The notes beneath the pieces are model-generated. The model saw nothing but the letters and a program-made list of their open reading frames with translations, was not told the DNA's origin and did no database searches. The position numbers were made by a program, and so were the translations under genes. Positions 50,095 to 60,600 of a DNA stretch of 64,000 nt are shown here, piece by piece. Origin of the DNA: Patescibacteria group bacterium (GTDB lineage: Bacteria > Patescibacteriota > Microgenomatia > Levybacterales > UBA12049); NCBI GenBank assembly GCA_026004395.1, contig BPJB01000001.1, positions 841,226 through 905,225 of the forward strand, in the 5' to 3' direction. Position 1 is the stretch's first letter, and the number at the start of each line of letters is the position of its first letter.

Positions 50095-50142
50095 AAATCA
50101 CAAATTCACACTCGAGCGGCTTTTTGTGATTTTCTCTTACAA
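50095..50142 (-). repeat. Dispersed palindromic element, copy 4 (core inverted)
   Basis: AAATCACAAATTCACACTCGAGCGGCTTTTTGTGATTT then TCTCTTACAA; the spacer is the near reverse complement of copies 1-3. Confidence 0.92.
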
Positions 50143-50194
50143 GTTGGTTTTGAGAGATAAAAATTGATAAAGATAAATAGTTTTTGATATGTTT

Positions 50195-51091
50195 TTATAC
50201 TGTAAGGTGGTATTCTGCCTGATGCTCTTTGAGTATTTTCTCAAAATTAGGTTTGTGGAAATGTTCTTTTATAAACTTGATTGTTTCCTGAGGATTTTGG
50301 GTATTAACAAAGACATTTGTCCCAACCTCAAATCCTCCCAGCGTTTTGTTGCGTGGAATTATTCGCAGATACCAATCTCCTCCGGGGTAGATATAAAAAT
50401 TATATGGAAAATCATTACCATGACGTACATCAAAAATTTTAACAAGTCGAGACAGGATATCTGCAAGATCGTGAATTTGTTCATCAGTTATCTCACCAAA
50501 TATCTGACCATCTTTGCGCGGTGCAATCCATACTTCATCTGGCCAATTAGATGTTTTGGGACAAAAAATTCTAAAATACTCAGTTTTAATACCATCTGGA
50601 ATATCTGATGAAACATACTGAAGACAGGGAATATCAAGAAATACTTTTTCTGGTATTACAACAAGCTGAGTGTGAGGATGAGGAAGACTCTCACCTGCTT
50701 TCTGACCGCGATTGTGAAAAATATAGACCTGACCTTTATAATAATATTCATTAAATTGATGTCTATATACTCCCAACAACAGCTCTATTTGATGCAGATC
50801 TAAACTCTCAAATCCTTTGTGATGATCCGGTGAGTTGATAATCACCTCGTGTATTGGAGCAAAAGGAAATTTATTGGGAATAACTCTAACTTTCCAGTTT
50901 GAGTCAGGATATTTACCCCCAATCCTAAAAATTTCTCTCTCAAGATGCTCGCGGCCAGGACAAAACGGACAAGGAGGCTCAATACCATTGGCAATGTCTG
51001 GACGTTTTGCGCGTCGCGGTGCTGATATGACCCAGCGCTTGGAAAGTGAATTTTTGATGAAAGTAAAATCAGGCATTATAAAAAATTGCAA
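50195..51091 (-). CDS. galT: Galactose-1-phosphate uridylyltransferase (HIT/GalT family)
   Basis: RRAKRP, CPFCPG, NKFP, HEVI, AGESLPHPHTQ. Confidence 0.85.
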   Translation of the reverse strand: MQFFIMPDFTFIKNSLSKRWVISAPRRAKRPDIANGIEPPCPFCPGREHLEREIFRIGGKYPDSNWKVRVIPNKFPFAPIHEVIINSPDHHKGFESLDLHQIELLLGVYRHQFNEYYYKGQVYIFHNRGQKAGESLPHPHTQLVVIPEKVFLDIPCLQYVSSDIPDGIKTEYFRIFCPKTSNWPDEVWIAPRKDGQIFGEITDEQIHDLADILSRLVKIFDVRHGNDFPYNFYIYPGGDWYLRIIPRNKTLGGFEVGTNVFVNTQNPQETIKFIKEHFHKPNFEKILKEHQAEYHLTV

Positions 51092-51172
51092 ATTATAATA
51101 CTAAGATAGAATTAGCAATCTCCTACTGTTTTTATTAAAAGTAATATTTGCAAAAAATGCAAATAACTCAAG

Positions 51173-51982
51173 TTACTCTGAAGGTGTTGGTGTATTGACT
51201 GCTGCAGGTGTAGGATTTAATGCAACATATGATTTACCAAGAATTATCAGAATATCCGCTCCTTCTGGTTTAATCTCTTCTTTTGGCAAAGAGCCAACTG
51301 CACCCTTAACATATGTTGCCAGCTGTTTGGCAGCATTACTATTTTTTCCTGTTAGATCAACAACTATTGAGTCTGCATAGTTATCTTTTGAGGCATTTTC
51401 TTTGGCAATAACTTCTGCATTCAAGGATGAGATTTTAAGTAGCGATGCCTCAACCCGTTTGGTAAGTCCAACAGTAGTTGTCCCATTGTAAAGTGCGATC
51501 TTTAGTGGCTGAGATGAGGTAGCCGCTCCTGCAACTTGAGTGTTTACGCTGTTGTCAACATCTACAGGACCAACTTCGATAATTTTATCTATCTCTGGTC
51601 TATAAAGAATTGCTTTTTTTGCTCGTGTATAGATTAGAACCCGGTCTCCATTTTTTGCCCGGGCAAAAAGTTTATTTCCCGAAAGTTGGGTGACATCAGA
51701 GACTGTTGCTGGAATCGGCACCTCTCCTGTTGGCAGGTCAATATGCCGTCCGACTTTGCTTAACAACTGCTGTACTTCATTACTTACAACACTGCCAGCA
51801 AGAAGATTTTTAGTCTGAGTATATTTATAATAAAAATAAACCGCTGTTACTAATAAACCCAAAATAATAATTGTTATGACACTCACCAAAAAATACCTTT
51901 TAATTTTCCAACCATTGTCAGTGTTGTTAGACTTTTCAGATTGTATTATTGGCTTATGATCTGAAGAAGATTTGTTCTTCAT
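51173..51982 (-). CDS. Membrane protein with LytR C-terminal domain
   Basis: TM; LYNGTTTVGL...ADILIILGKSY. Confidence 0.8.
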   Translation of the reverse strand: MKNKSSSDHKPIIQSEKSNNTDNGWKIKRYFLVSVITIIILGLLVTAVYFYYKYTQTKNLLAGSVVSNEVQQLLSKVGRHIDLPTGEVPIPATVSDVTQLSGNKLFARAKNGDRVLIYTRAKKAILYRPEIDKIIEVGPVDVDNSVNTQVAGAATSSQPLKIALYNGTTTVGLTKRVEASLLKISSLNAEVIAKENASKDNYADSIVVDLTGKNSNAAKQLATYVKGAVGSLPKEEIKPEGADILIILGKSYVALNPTPAAVNTPTPSE

Positions 51983-52078
51983 AGATCTATCATAAAGCTA
52001 TATTGACAAAACAGTCAAGAGAATACCAAGAAAATTTACTTCTGCTTTCTGTTTTCTAAATTATGCTACGATGAGTAT

Positions 52079-54412
52079 ATGAGAAAATTTATCCTTATCT
52101 TACTGATAATATCAATTCTTTTAACACCAGTATTTAACATCTTTAATTTCAGTTTTGCATCAGATTTGTCAGTAACTGCAACTATTCCCGCAGATGAAAA
52201 TGACTTTCAACTGCAGATTGCATCTTCAGCCACATCTCCACTCCAGGAACAAAAAGTTTATTCATACACTATAACATATGGTAGTTATCTTAATCATCAG
52301 ATAAATTTCTCCATAGTCGCAAGCTGGAGTGAGGATACGGCAGAAGGACTGGATTCTCAAATTACAGCAGTCGAGTATGTACACGGAAGTGCCAGCAAAG
52401 GTGAAGGTAACATCAGCCCTATTATTGATCTGACTAACAAAACCATAACATGGGAATTTGACTCTTTTCCCGCTCAGACAACTGATAAAACACTGACATT
52501 CCAACTGAAAACCAAATCCTCATCTTTAACTAACAAAAAGATCAATTTTTCAGTGTCTGCTTCTCTGAACGGACCCGGTGTCACAGTGAATAAAAGTATC
52601 AATCAGTATCTCATAATCGAAGGTACATCAGAAAGTACAGCTGTACCCACCTCAACTCCTACCCCAGCCCAAAGACTATTACCTACTCCCTCAGAATCAT
52701 TGGACAAAAAGAAATTAGATTTTCAAATAGTCGATCTTCGACAGCTGACAGCAAATGAAGTTACACTTTTTATCCAGACCACCAGTGCCTCTAAAATCAA
52801 GCTGGAATATGGAAAAACTTTATCTTTTGATAACATCATCTACAGAAATGTATCTGACACAAAACATCTGCTAACACTCGCCAATCTCAATGAGCAAACA
52901 AAATATTATTTCAGAATAACTATTTTTGACGATAAAAACGAAAAACAATCAGAGATATATACACTGAAAACACCAAAAAAAACAGAACTTACAACAATTG
53001 AAAAAAACAATATCATATTCCTCAGCAATAATATTATTCTGAATAATTTTTCTTTACCAAAAACAGAGACAAAACAAAAATCAGATCAGCACAAGATTTT
53101 ACTGCCTACTGCAACAGATTATCAAATACAAATCCCGTTTAAAAACAAAAATCAAATCAAAAAAGCTGAAGTCTTTGTTAGAAATGATTCTGTTTTGGGA
53201 ATATCACTTTTTCAAAAAGTAGATGCTCTCAGCAAAATGCATCCTGATACTGCTTATGGAGAGTTAGTGCAGCTCTCTGATGGTTTATATTATGTAAGAC
53301 TTAAAGTTCCTGAAGAAAAAGGAATTTATGCTGTTTTTCTGCGTATTACAGATATCTACGGCAATATCACTGAGGAAAAAATAGGCACTGTAATTGCCTC
53401 TCATCCGATACGCATCATCAACTCACAGGATCAAAAAGGTATAGAGGCGGCACGCGCTGTATTATCCATATATGATGAAAAGAGGAAAAAATATATCCTC
53501 ATCACACCTTCGATTATCTCAATACCCAACCCTTCATATTCTAATTATAAAGGAGAAATAAGTCTTGTTCTACCGCCAGCAAAATATCAGATTACAATCA
53601 ATCATCCAGAGTATTTTGAGAAAACCGTTGTCTTTGCAATAGACAGTACTACTACAGAATACCCGCAAATACAGCTTGAGAGAAAACCATTTGACATTAA
53701 ATTTATTCTTTTAAATTACAAAGAAACAATACAGAGCATGATCATCAATCCGGTTCAAAGATATCTAAACCTGATTACCTCTTCACAAAGAATGTTAGAT
53801 CTAACGAGAAATCTCATAATTATTATTTTTATCCTGCTCTCAATCTTCGGCTTTGCCAAGCGCATTCAGATATCTCCTCTCGCTCTACCACTATTTATAC
53901 CTCAAATTCTTCTTGCCAAAATCAAGAATAAAAGCAAACTCAAGAATTATTTAAAAGGAAAAATTACTGATGACAATGAGCACACCATTCCTGACGTCAA
54001 TGTATATCTTTTTGATACGCAAAAAAATGTTATCGATCACACTCTGACCAATAAAAATGGTCTTTTTCTTCTCAAAAATATTGCTGCTGGAAATTATATC
54101 CTTGCCATTTTAAAAGAAGGATATGAAGCCTTTTATTTTTCAATCAAAATACCTCTTACAAATCCTGTTTTGCATTTAGCAATCACCCAAAAATCTCCTG
54201 CCCAAACCAAAAGTGAAAAGATTAAAAGACTACTGTCTTATTCTCTGTCTTTGATCTTTGAAGTATTAATTGGCATTAGTTTTGCCCTGATTATATTAGA
54301 AGGATTAATATGGGGTATAAAAACTATTTTCCCCTATGTTCTTCTAAACAGTATCAATATAGTATTGTGGATTATCTATCAAAAAAACAAAACTCATAAT
54401 ACTCTTTTTTGA
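52079..54412 (+). CDS. Surface/membrane protein with FN3-like and carboxypeptidase-regulatory-like domains
   Basis: Signal peptide; LANLNEQTKYYFRI; GKITD...IPDVNVYL...TNKNGLF; C-terminal TM segments. Confidence 0.7.
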   Translation: MRKFILILLIISILLTPVFNIFNFSFASDLSVTATIPADENDFQLQIASSATSPLQEQKVYSYTITYGSYLNHQINFSIVASWSEDTAEGLDSQITAVEYVHGSASKGEGNISPIIDLTNKTITWEFDSFPAQTTDKTLTFQLKTKSSSLTNKKINFSVSASLNGPGVTVNKSINQYLIIEGTSESTAVPTSTPTPAQRLLPTPSESLDKKKLDFQIVDLRQLTANEVTLFIQTTSASKIKLEYGKTLSFDNIIYRNVSDTKHLLTLANLNEQTKYYFRITIFDDKNEKQSEIYTLKTPKKTELTTIEKNNIIFLSNNIILNNFSLPKTETKQKSDQHKILLPTATDYQIQIPFKNKNQIKKAEVFVRNDSVLGISLFQKVDALSKMHPDTAYGELVQLSDGLYYVRLKVPEEKGIYAVFLRITDIYGNITEEKIGTVIASHPIRIINSQDQKGIEAARAVLSIYDEKRKKYILITPSIISIPNPSYSNYKGEISLVLPPAKYQITINHPEYFEKTVVFAIDSTTTEYPQIQLERKPFDIKFILLNYKETIQSMIINPVQRYLNLITSSQRMLDLTRNLIIIIFILLSIFGFAKRIQISPLALPLFIPQILLAKIKNKSKLKNYLKGKITDDNEHTIPDVNVYLFDTQKNVIDHTLTNKNGLFLLKNIAAGNYILAILKEGYEAFYFSIKIPLTNPVLHLAITQKSPAQTKSEKIKRLLSYSLSLIFEVLIGISFALIILEGLIWGIKTIFPYVLLNSINIVLWIIYQKNKTHNTLF

Positions 54413-54436
54413 AGATTACATTTTGACTGGTCAAAA

Positions 54437-57400
54437 TCAGAGTCTAAAAGGAGCTATTTCACCAGCTCGGAATTGTTTGCCATGTCGCATAAGCTTATCC
54501 AAACCATCAGAAATCATAGAGCTATAATCAACAATAGTATTCCCCTCAATAGAGGGAGAACTAGTTCCATTCTTTTCTAACCAGGTTACATAAATTCTAC
54601 CAGAGGATAAGATATTAGCTCGAGCACCAACAATATCATCTTGTGAGGTGTTTAAAGGCCCTTGCTCATTACTCCAAGTCCTCATTCCATCTGTTGATTT
54701 CTTCCAGTAAATATTCATAGTAGCAGTATTAGAAGGTGTGGTAGCTGCAGTATAGAAATAATAAATATCACCAGTATTTTCATCGAGTGCAACTTTGGCA
54801 TTGGTCAATCCTCTATCGTTACATCCAGTACCGCTGGAACAGCTATCAGTAATTACGTTGGATGTCAGAGTCCATACCCCGTTACTATAGACGGCACTGC
54901 GCGCATCATCGTTAGAACCCAAAGTAGAGTTATCAGTAATATATCCAAGATAAATTTTATATGTTTTTGGATCCTGAACAACTCCCCACTGAGCTTCATA
55001 CGTAGCATTATCTGGGCAGGTTCCACCACAGTCATCAATAGTTACCCAACCTGACCAAGTAGATGTTGTATCTGTAAAGATATTAGAAAGAAAACGAAGA
55101 TTGGTATCATCAAAACGAATAACCATTATATCTCCATTTTCTAATGGTAGGATTGCAATCTCATCATCGTTATCTGTACCCAAAGGATTAGAGGGGACAT
55201 TGCTCCAGTTAGAAGCATTAGTGCAGTTGCTGTTTACCGCATCACATCTCACAAAAAGTGAAATATCATCGCTAACAGCAACATAAAGTTTACCATTTGT
55301 TGATTTGCTAATAAAAGGTATACTACTTGCTGAAGAATATGTAGCCCCATTTGCAATAGAAATAGTGGTTGAGGCTGAATCATTGGAAGTATCTAAACGA
55401 GTGTAATATAAATCATCAGCGCCATTATCCTTTGTTAAAACATGGATATAATTCCCCGTATCATTGGGTGTCCAACGATCATACCAGACAACAACTTGTA
55501 TGCAATCTGTACTATTTACTGAGTCAATTGTCACTGGTGATCCCCAAGTAACACCTCCATTGGTAGTTTTTTTATAGACACAATTACCAGATGAGTCCCT
55601 ATAAAAGGTATAACCTATGTTTTCATCAAGAAAAACAGTATCTGCTCCTACTCCATCTTTTGCGGAAGTTGTAGTATGAACTTGGTTATCAATTTGTGAC
55701 TGAGCATCGATAGCAAGCTGCCAGAATCTAGGCTCGGTGTAAATTAAGTTAAATTTTGCTGACTCGGAAGACATGCTCAAGGTTGTACTAGATAATTCCT
55801 CATTGGGAAGTGCGGATATAGCTGATTGTGATGCAGATTTATTTTTATCAGTGTGAGAAGCTGAAGAAAATTCAGAGTATGAGCTGTCATTAGAAAAAGA
55901 TTGACCTAAAACTATAGATTTTCCAGTTGTGGATTCGTAAAACCTTAAATGTCCAAGAAGATAAAATTGAGGGCTTTCCGAAGGAACCTTATATCTATAT
56001 CCCAAAGTCTTCGACTCTCCTTTTTTAAGAACCACATCCCATATAATTAACTGCACAGATTCCTTAAGATAACTGTTTTGCTCAATTCCCAATAATGGTA
56101 GTGGGTCTATTTTGCCGAAAAAACCATTATTTATATCATTATCATTTAATTTGATACCGAAATGAAGATGTGGGCCAGTTGAGAGACCAGTATTACCTGA
56201 CAAGCCAATGATCTGCCCTTTCGCTACTGAATCTCCCTCCTTAACTAAAAGCTTACTTAGATGTCCATAATATGATCTACCCCAGAGGTGTTCAATCACA
56301 ATAGTAGTGCCATAATCCCAATTCTCTTTTGCTATAAGCACCTTACCTTCATCAACTGAAAGCACATCAGTACCATAAGGAAGAGCAAAATCAACTCCAT
56401 CATGTCCCTTAACACCAAAGTCTAAATATTTCTTTTTAAGCAAAGGGTCTATTTCTTCACTACCGAAAGCTTGAGTTAGAGGATAAAACCCTTTGAAAGG
56501 AAGTAACAAACTTGAAGAAGCTGAAAGGACTGATGCGTTGGAAAAACCCTCTGTATTCTTGGGAGAGATAATTTTTAGATTGGTAAATTGCAAACTCCCA
56601 TCATCTGGTGGAAATATACCAAAATTATTAGGTACTACCTCTACTACTTTTCCTTCAAAATCTTGACTTGCTGTTATTACTATTGACATAGGATATAATA
56701 ATGGTGGATATATTCTTGTGGCACTTTTTCTTTCAATTGTAAAATTATCCTCTTGACTTTTGGAGATAAAATTATCTTGAATACTATATGTTCCATTTTG
56801 GGTTTTGGCTATTAACCTGACATTAAACACTCCTTCATTTGGTACAGTATATTCTGCCTCATAGTCAGGAGATAGAGTAAATTCTTTTTGTCCGCATACA
56901 GGGTTAACTCGTATTTTTCCATTTTTGGTTGAGAGCTCCTCTTGAATTTGACCATTCTGCTGAGTAATAAACAATGTAACATCAGCATCACAGACTATTT
57001 CTCCTCTTTCATCAAGCACAGCAATAGAAAAATTAACTTTCTCAGAAGGTTTATAAACTGCTTTGTCAGTATTTAATGCAAGTACACCCCAAGTGAAATC
57101 CTGTTCAAAAGTATTTCCTCCTTGTTCTGTAACAATTATTTTGTATTTCCCTGGCCTAAGTTTTTGAGATGGCTTAATTGTGACCAGTTGGGAATTATCG
57201 TGAGTAACAACTTCAGGTTTAATTTCCGTAGTATTGCCTTCAGAATCTACCACATTAATTTCTAAATTTGTATCACTAGCATTTTCAATAACAACATCTA
57301 CTTCCTCATCTGCCCGATAATCTTTTTTAACTAATTTTTTAATAAACACACTTTTCTTAATAAGTGCAGATTTAAGTTCTGCAAAACTATTATCTATCGT

Positions 57401-57622
57401 AAGCTGCTGCGACACTGAAGCTGTTGGTTGCAAAGAGTTTATAATCTCAGTAGCTACAGGCTTAGTAAAAATAGTCTCTGATATACTATCTTCTTGGGCA
57501 AAAACGAAGTTACTCTGACTATCAAATAAGAGCTTCAGTATCAACATCGCAGAAAATACAAGTATTCTGCGCTGTAACATCCTTTTAAACTCATTTTTAA
57601 GCAAAAACATCAAAACATTCAT
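54437..57622 (-). CDS. Large secreted protein with MG2-like, M23 peptidase and BNR/Asp-box domains
   Basis: NTDKAVYKP; GHDGVDF and TGPHLHF (M23 zinc motifs); KTTNGGVTW and KSTDGMRTW Asp-boxes. Confidence 0.82.
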   Translation of the reverse strand: MNVLMFLLKNEFKRMLQRRILVFSAMLILKLLFDSQSNFVFAQEDSISETIFTKPVATEIINSLQPTASVSQQLTIDNSFAELKSALIKKSVFIKKLVKKDYRADEEVDVVIENASDTNLEINVVDSEGNTTEIKPEVVTHDNSQLVTIKPSQKLRPGKYKIIVTEQGGNTFEQDFTWGVLALNTDKAVYKPSEKVNFSIAVLDERGEIVCDADVTLFITQQNGQIQEELSTKNGKIRVNPVCGQKEFTLSPDYEAEYTVPNEGVFNVRLIAKTQNGTYSIQDNFISKSQEDNFTIERKSATRIYPPLLYPMSIVITASQDFEGKVVEVVPNNFGIFPPDDGSLQFTNLKIISPKNTEGFSNASVLSASSSLLLPFKGFYPLTQAFGSEEIDPLLKKKYLDFGVKGHDGVDFALPYGTDVLSVDEGKVLIAKENWDYGTTIVIEHLWGRSYYGHLSKLLVKEGDSVAKGQIIGLSGNTGLSTGPHLHFGIKLNDNDINNGFFGKIDPLPLLGIEQNSYLKESVQLIIWDVVLKKGESKTLGYRYKVPSESPQFYLLGHLRFYESTTGKSIVLGQSFSNDSSYSEFSSASHTDKNKSASQSAISALPNEELSSTTLSMSSESAKFNLIYTEPRFWQLAIDAQSQIDNQVHTTTSAKDGVGADTVFLDENIGYTFYRDSSGNCVYKKTTNGGVTWGSPVTIDSVNSTDCIQVVVWYDRWTPNDTGNYIHVLTKDNGADDLYYTRLDTSNDSASTTISIANGATYSSASSIPFISKSTNGKLYVAVSDDISLFVRCDAVNSNCTNASNWSNVPSNPLGTDNDDEIAILPLENGDIMVIRFDDTNLRFLSNIFTDTTSTWSGWVTIDDCGGTCPDNATYEAQWGVVQDPKTYKIYLGYITDNSTLGSNDDARSAVYSNGVWTLTSNVITDSCSSGTGCNDRGLTNAKVALDENTGDIYYFYTAATTPSNTATMNIYWKKSTDGMRTWSNEQGPLNTSQDDIVGARANILSSGRIYVTWLEKNGTSSPSIEGNTIVDYSSMISDGLDKLMRHGKQFRAGEIAPFRL

Positions 57623-60600
57623 TAGAATTTGGCAAGATAATTAAGGATAATATCTCCTACCTGAACATAATTATTGTTTTTAGAATACATTTTCAGATAA
57701 ATCACCATAGTTTCACCCCCAGTATCGATATCACGATTAGCTCCAGAATCCAATTCAGATGCGGAAATTGTAATCTCGCTCCACGTCTTCTGAGTAGATG
57801 AAACATTTGCCTGACGATAAACAACAGGCGTTGCTTGATCAACAGCGCTTAAAGAGATATCAGTGTTATAGATCAGAACATCCAGTTTATTAGAATCTGT
57901 AGTCGTTAACTCTGTATTAAATTTGATTTTAATTGCAGAATCAGTTGTTGCCCAAGCAGAAAAATCACGAGGGAGAGTCACTCTAACAGCAATCGTATAA
58001 TCATTAAGAGTACTCTGAGAAGAACTCCACTCATAATAATTTTGAAAGTTAGATAAAGCAGCAGAAGGCGAAGCATCGGAGATCATTGTGCCAATAGTTG
58101 TTGCCGATCCGGAAGCTGTTAGGATAGCACCCGGATATTCAGCTGAAAGGGTAATTGTTTTGAGAGGACGTCCAGCACCAGTGTATACAAAACCTTCTCC
58201 AGTTGACCCACCAGATTCAATAACTATTCCCCTCTCCCAACCTGTTCCAATACGAAGCGCTGTTGTAGTCACATTAGCATGATCACCACCTCCTAAATCA
58301 CCTATGTAAATTCCCTCGAGTGTTGATGATGATCCCGTATTTCCCCGAGTGATATTAACCCTTAGTCCAGAATTATCAACACTTACCGTAGTCCCAGAAG
58401 TTTGAAAATCAATCTGCAAACCATCAACGTTAGATGAAGAAGTTCCTGTAGTATTTGAAATATGCGAAAGATCAACAGTTGAATCTGATACAGAAACAAC
58501 ATCAAGCAAATTGGATGGAACTGTAGTCCCGATGCCGACGTTGCCGTTGTTGTCAATGAGGAACTTAGTTAATCCTGACTTACTGGCAGTGAAGATGGCC
58601 TGATCACCAGTTTCATCAAAGATGGCAAGGGCTTTGCCAGTTTTGGCTCCTTGGACTTTAAACAATCCCTCAATTGAGTTCGTGCCGATACCAACATTGC
58701 CGTAAGTACCAGCTCCACTTCCCGGACCAACAAAAAGAGTTCCAACAGTTGAGTTAAATCCAATAGTTAAAGAATTGGCTACAGTGCTATTAAGATGGTT
58801 GAGAGTATTAACACCAGTACCAATAACAATCGCATTATTAGCATTGGAATCAGCTCGTTCCCCAATGACAATACTACCCGCATTATTCGCCGTACTGAGA
58901 TTACCAAGCACCAATGAATTACTCCCAGCTGCCGTGCTGTTATTACCTCCGGCAACAAAAGCATAAGTACCCGATGCAGTATTGCCATAGCCAAATGCCG
59001 CTGAGTAATTACCTGATGCTACTGTAAAATTACCTGTTGCAAAAGAATGTGTACCACTTGCTCTTGCTGATTCACCAAAAGCCACAGAATAACTGCCAAT
59101 ATTACTGTCATCCCAATGTGTACCACCTGCTCTTCCGGCTCTAAATGCTGCTTTGGCTGGAATCCACATCATCCGATTTCCAGCACCTGATGTTGGAGTA
59201 GTGCCAAAAGTAGTATTACCAGTTGCCAAAATTGATCCTCCTTTGGTGATTTGCAAAGCATCAGCAAGTCCTGTGTCTCCACCGGGAGAAATCCTGATTG
59301 TAAGACTACCACCATTCAAAAGATTGAGTTGATTGGCAGGAGTTGCACCTGTTGGTACAGCTAGAGAAAGATTACCTGAGATGGAGGCTGTTGGTATACC
59401 GGAGTTGATATTCAGAAAACCAAACTTGGCGCTACTGGTTGCTGTACCGCCCAAAAGAATATCTAAGGTATTATTAATTGGGAAAAGTACTCCGTTTGCT
59501 GAATCAAGCGTCCAATTTGATGATCCTCCACCTCCAACCGGACATGCGCTCCATGAAGGAGCGTATCCTCCTCCACCTGAGAGAAGACATAACCCACTAG
59601 TGCTTGTCGTAGCAGCACTTAAGACTCCTGTACCAGCAGTGGCAAAAAGTACTGCATTGTTGCCTGTAAAGGCAGGAAGCGTAAGTGTACCCCCTGCTTT
59701 TCCCAATGTTACACCTGTTGTATTTGCTCCACCGCCTAGAATGATAGTTCCTGATGTCAGAGAATCTATCCCAGAGCCTGCCGCAAGCAAAATATTTCCT
59801 GAATTAGATAAGACAAATTTTGTTATCCCGGATGATGAAGCTGTGAATAAATCCTGTGCCTCATACTGATCAAAAATTACCAATGCTTTACCTATTGCTG
59901 TTTGAGAAGCGTTAGAGACTGCGAATTTGCCAACAGGATTGGTCAGACCAATACCTACATTACCTGTACCATTGGGTATAATTGCCAAATCCTGATTGGA
60001 GACTGTAGTAATATCTGTTGAGGCTGATGAGAAGACAAGTCCTGTTGAACCAATAGTCTTATTCGTCAAAGTCTGTGCCAAATCTAAAACCACAACAGTA
60101 TCATTGGCATTAGGAAAAGTAATGGTTGTACCATCAGTACCCGAAAAAGTAATACTGTTGTTAAGTACTACTGTCTTTCCATCTCCAATCTTAAGAGTTG
60201 TTGTTGATGAGAAAGGATTATCTGCAGTATTAGTTACAGTCAATCCATTGACCTTTTGAGAGTTGAAAGCATAAGGAGTGGCTGTTAAGCGAATAAATGG
60301 ACTCATCTCACCATCCCAGCTAGGTGTTGTTCCAGTACCGCCTACATTAATTGAGAGCCAAAGAGTATCTTGATTCCAATCTACATTTGTTCCAAATGCT
60401 GTCACAGAGCCAAGATTTACACGAAAAATCCCATCTGTTACAGCAACTTTATTAGACCCTGTTCGCGTCTCTGTCCATTTAAGCGTCTCATCACCTCCAC
60501 CGGGGACACCATCTCCTCCCTGATAAATTTTAAACTCCAGATTATAATCGCCGTTTGCCACATTGGTACCATCACTATTAACCAGTTTGCCCTGAAAGCT

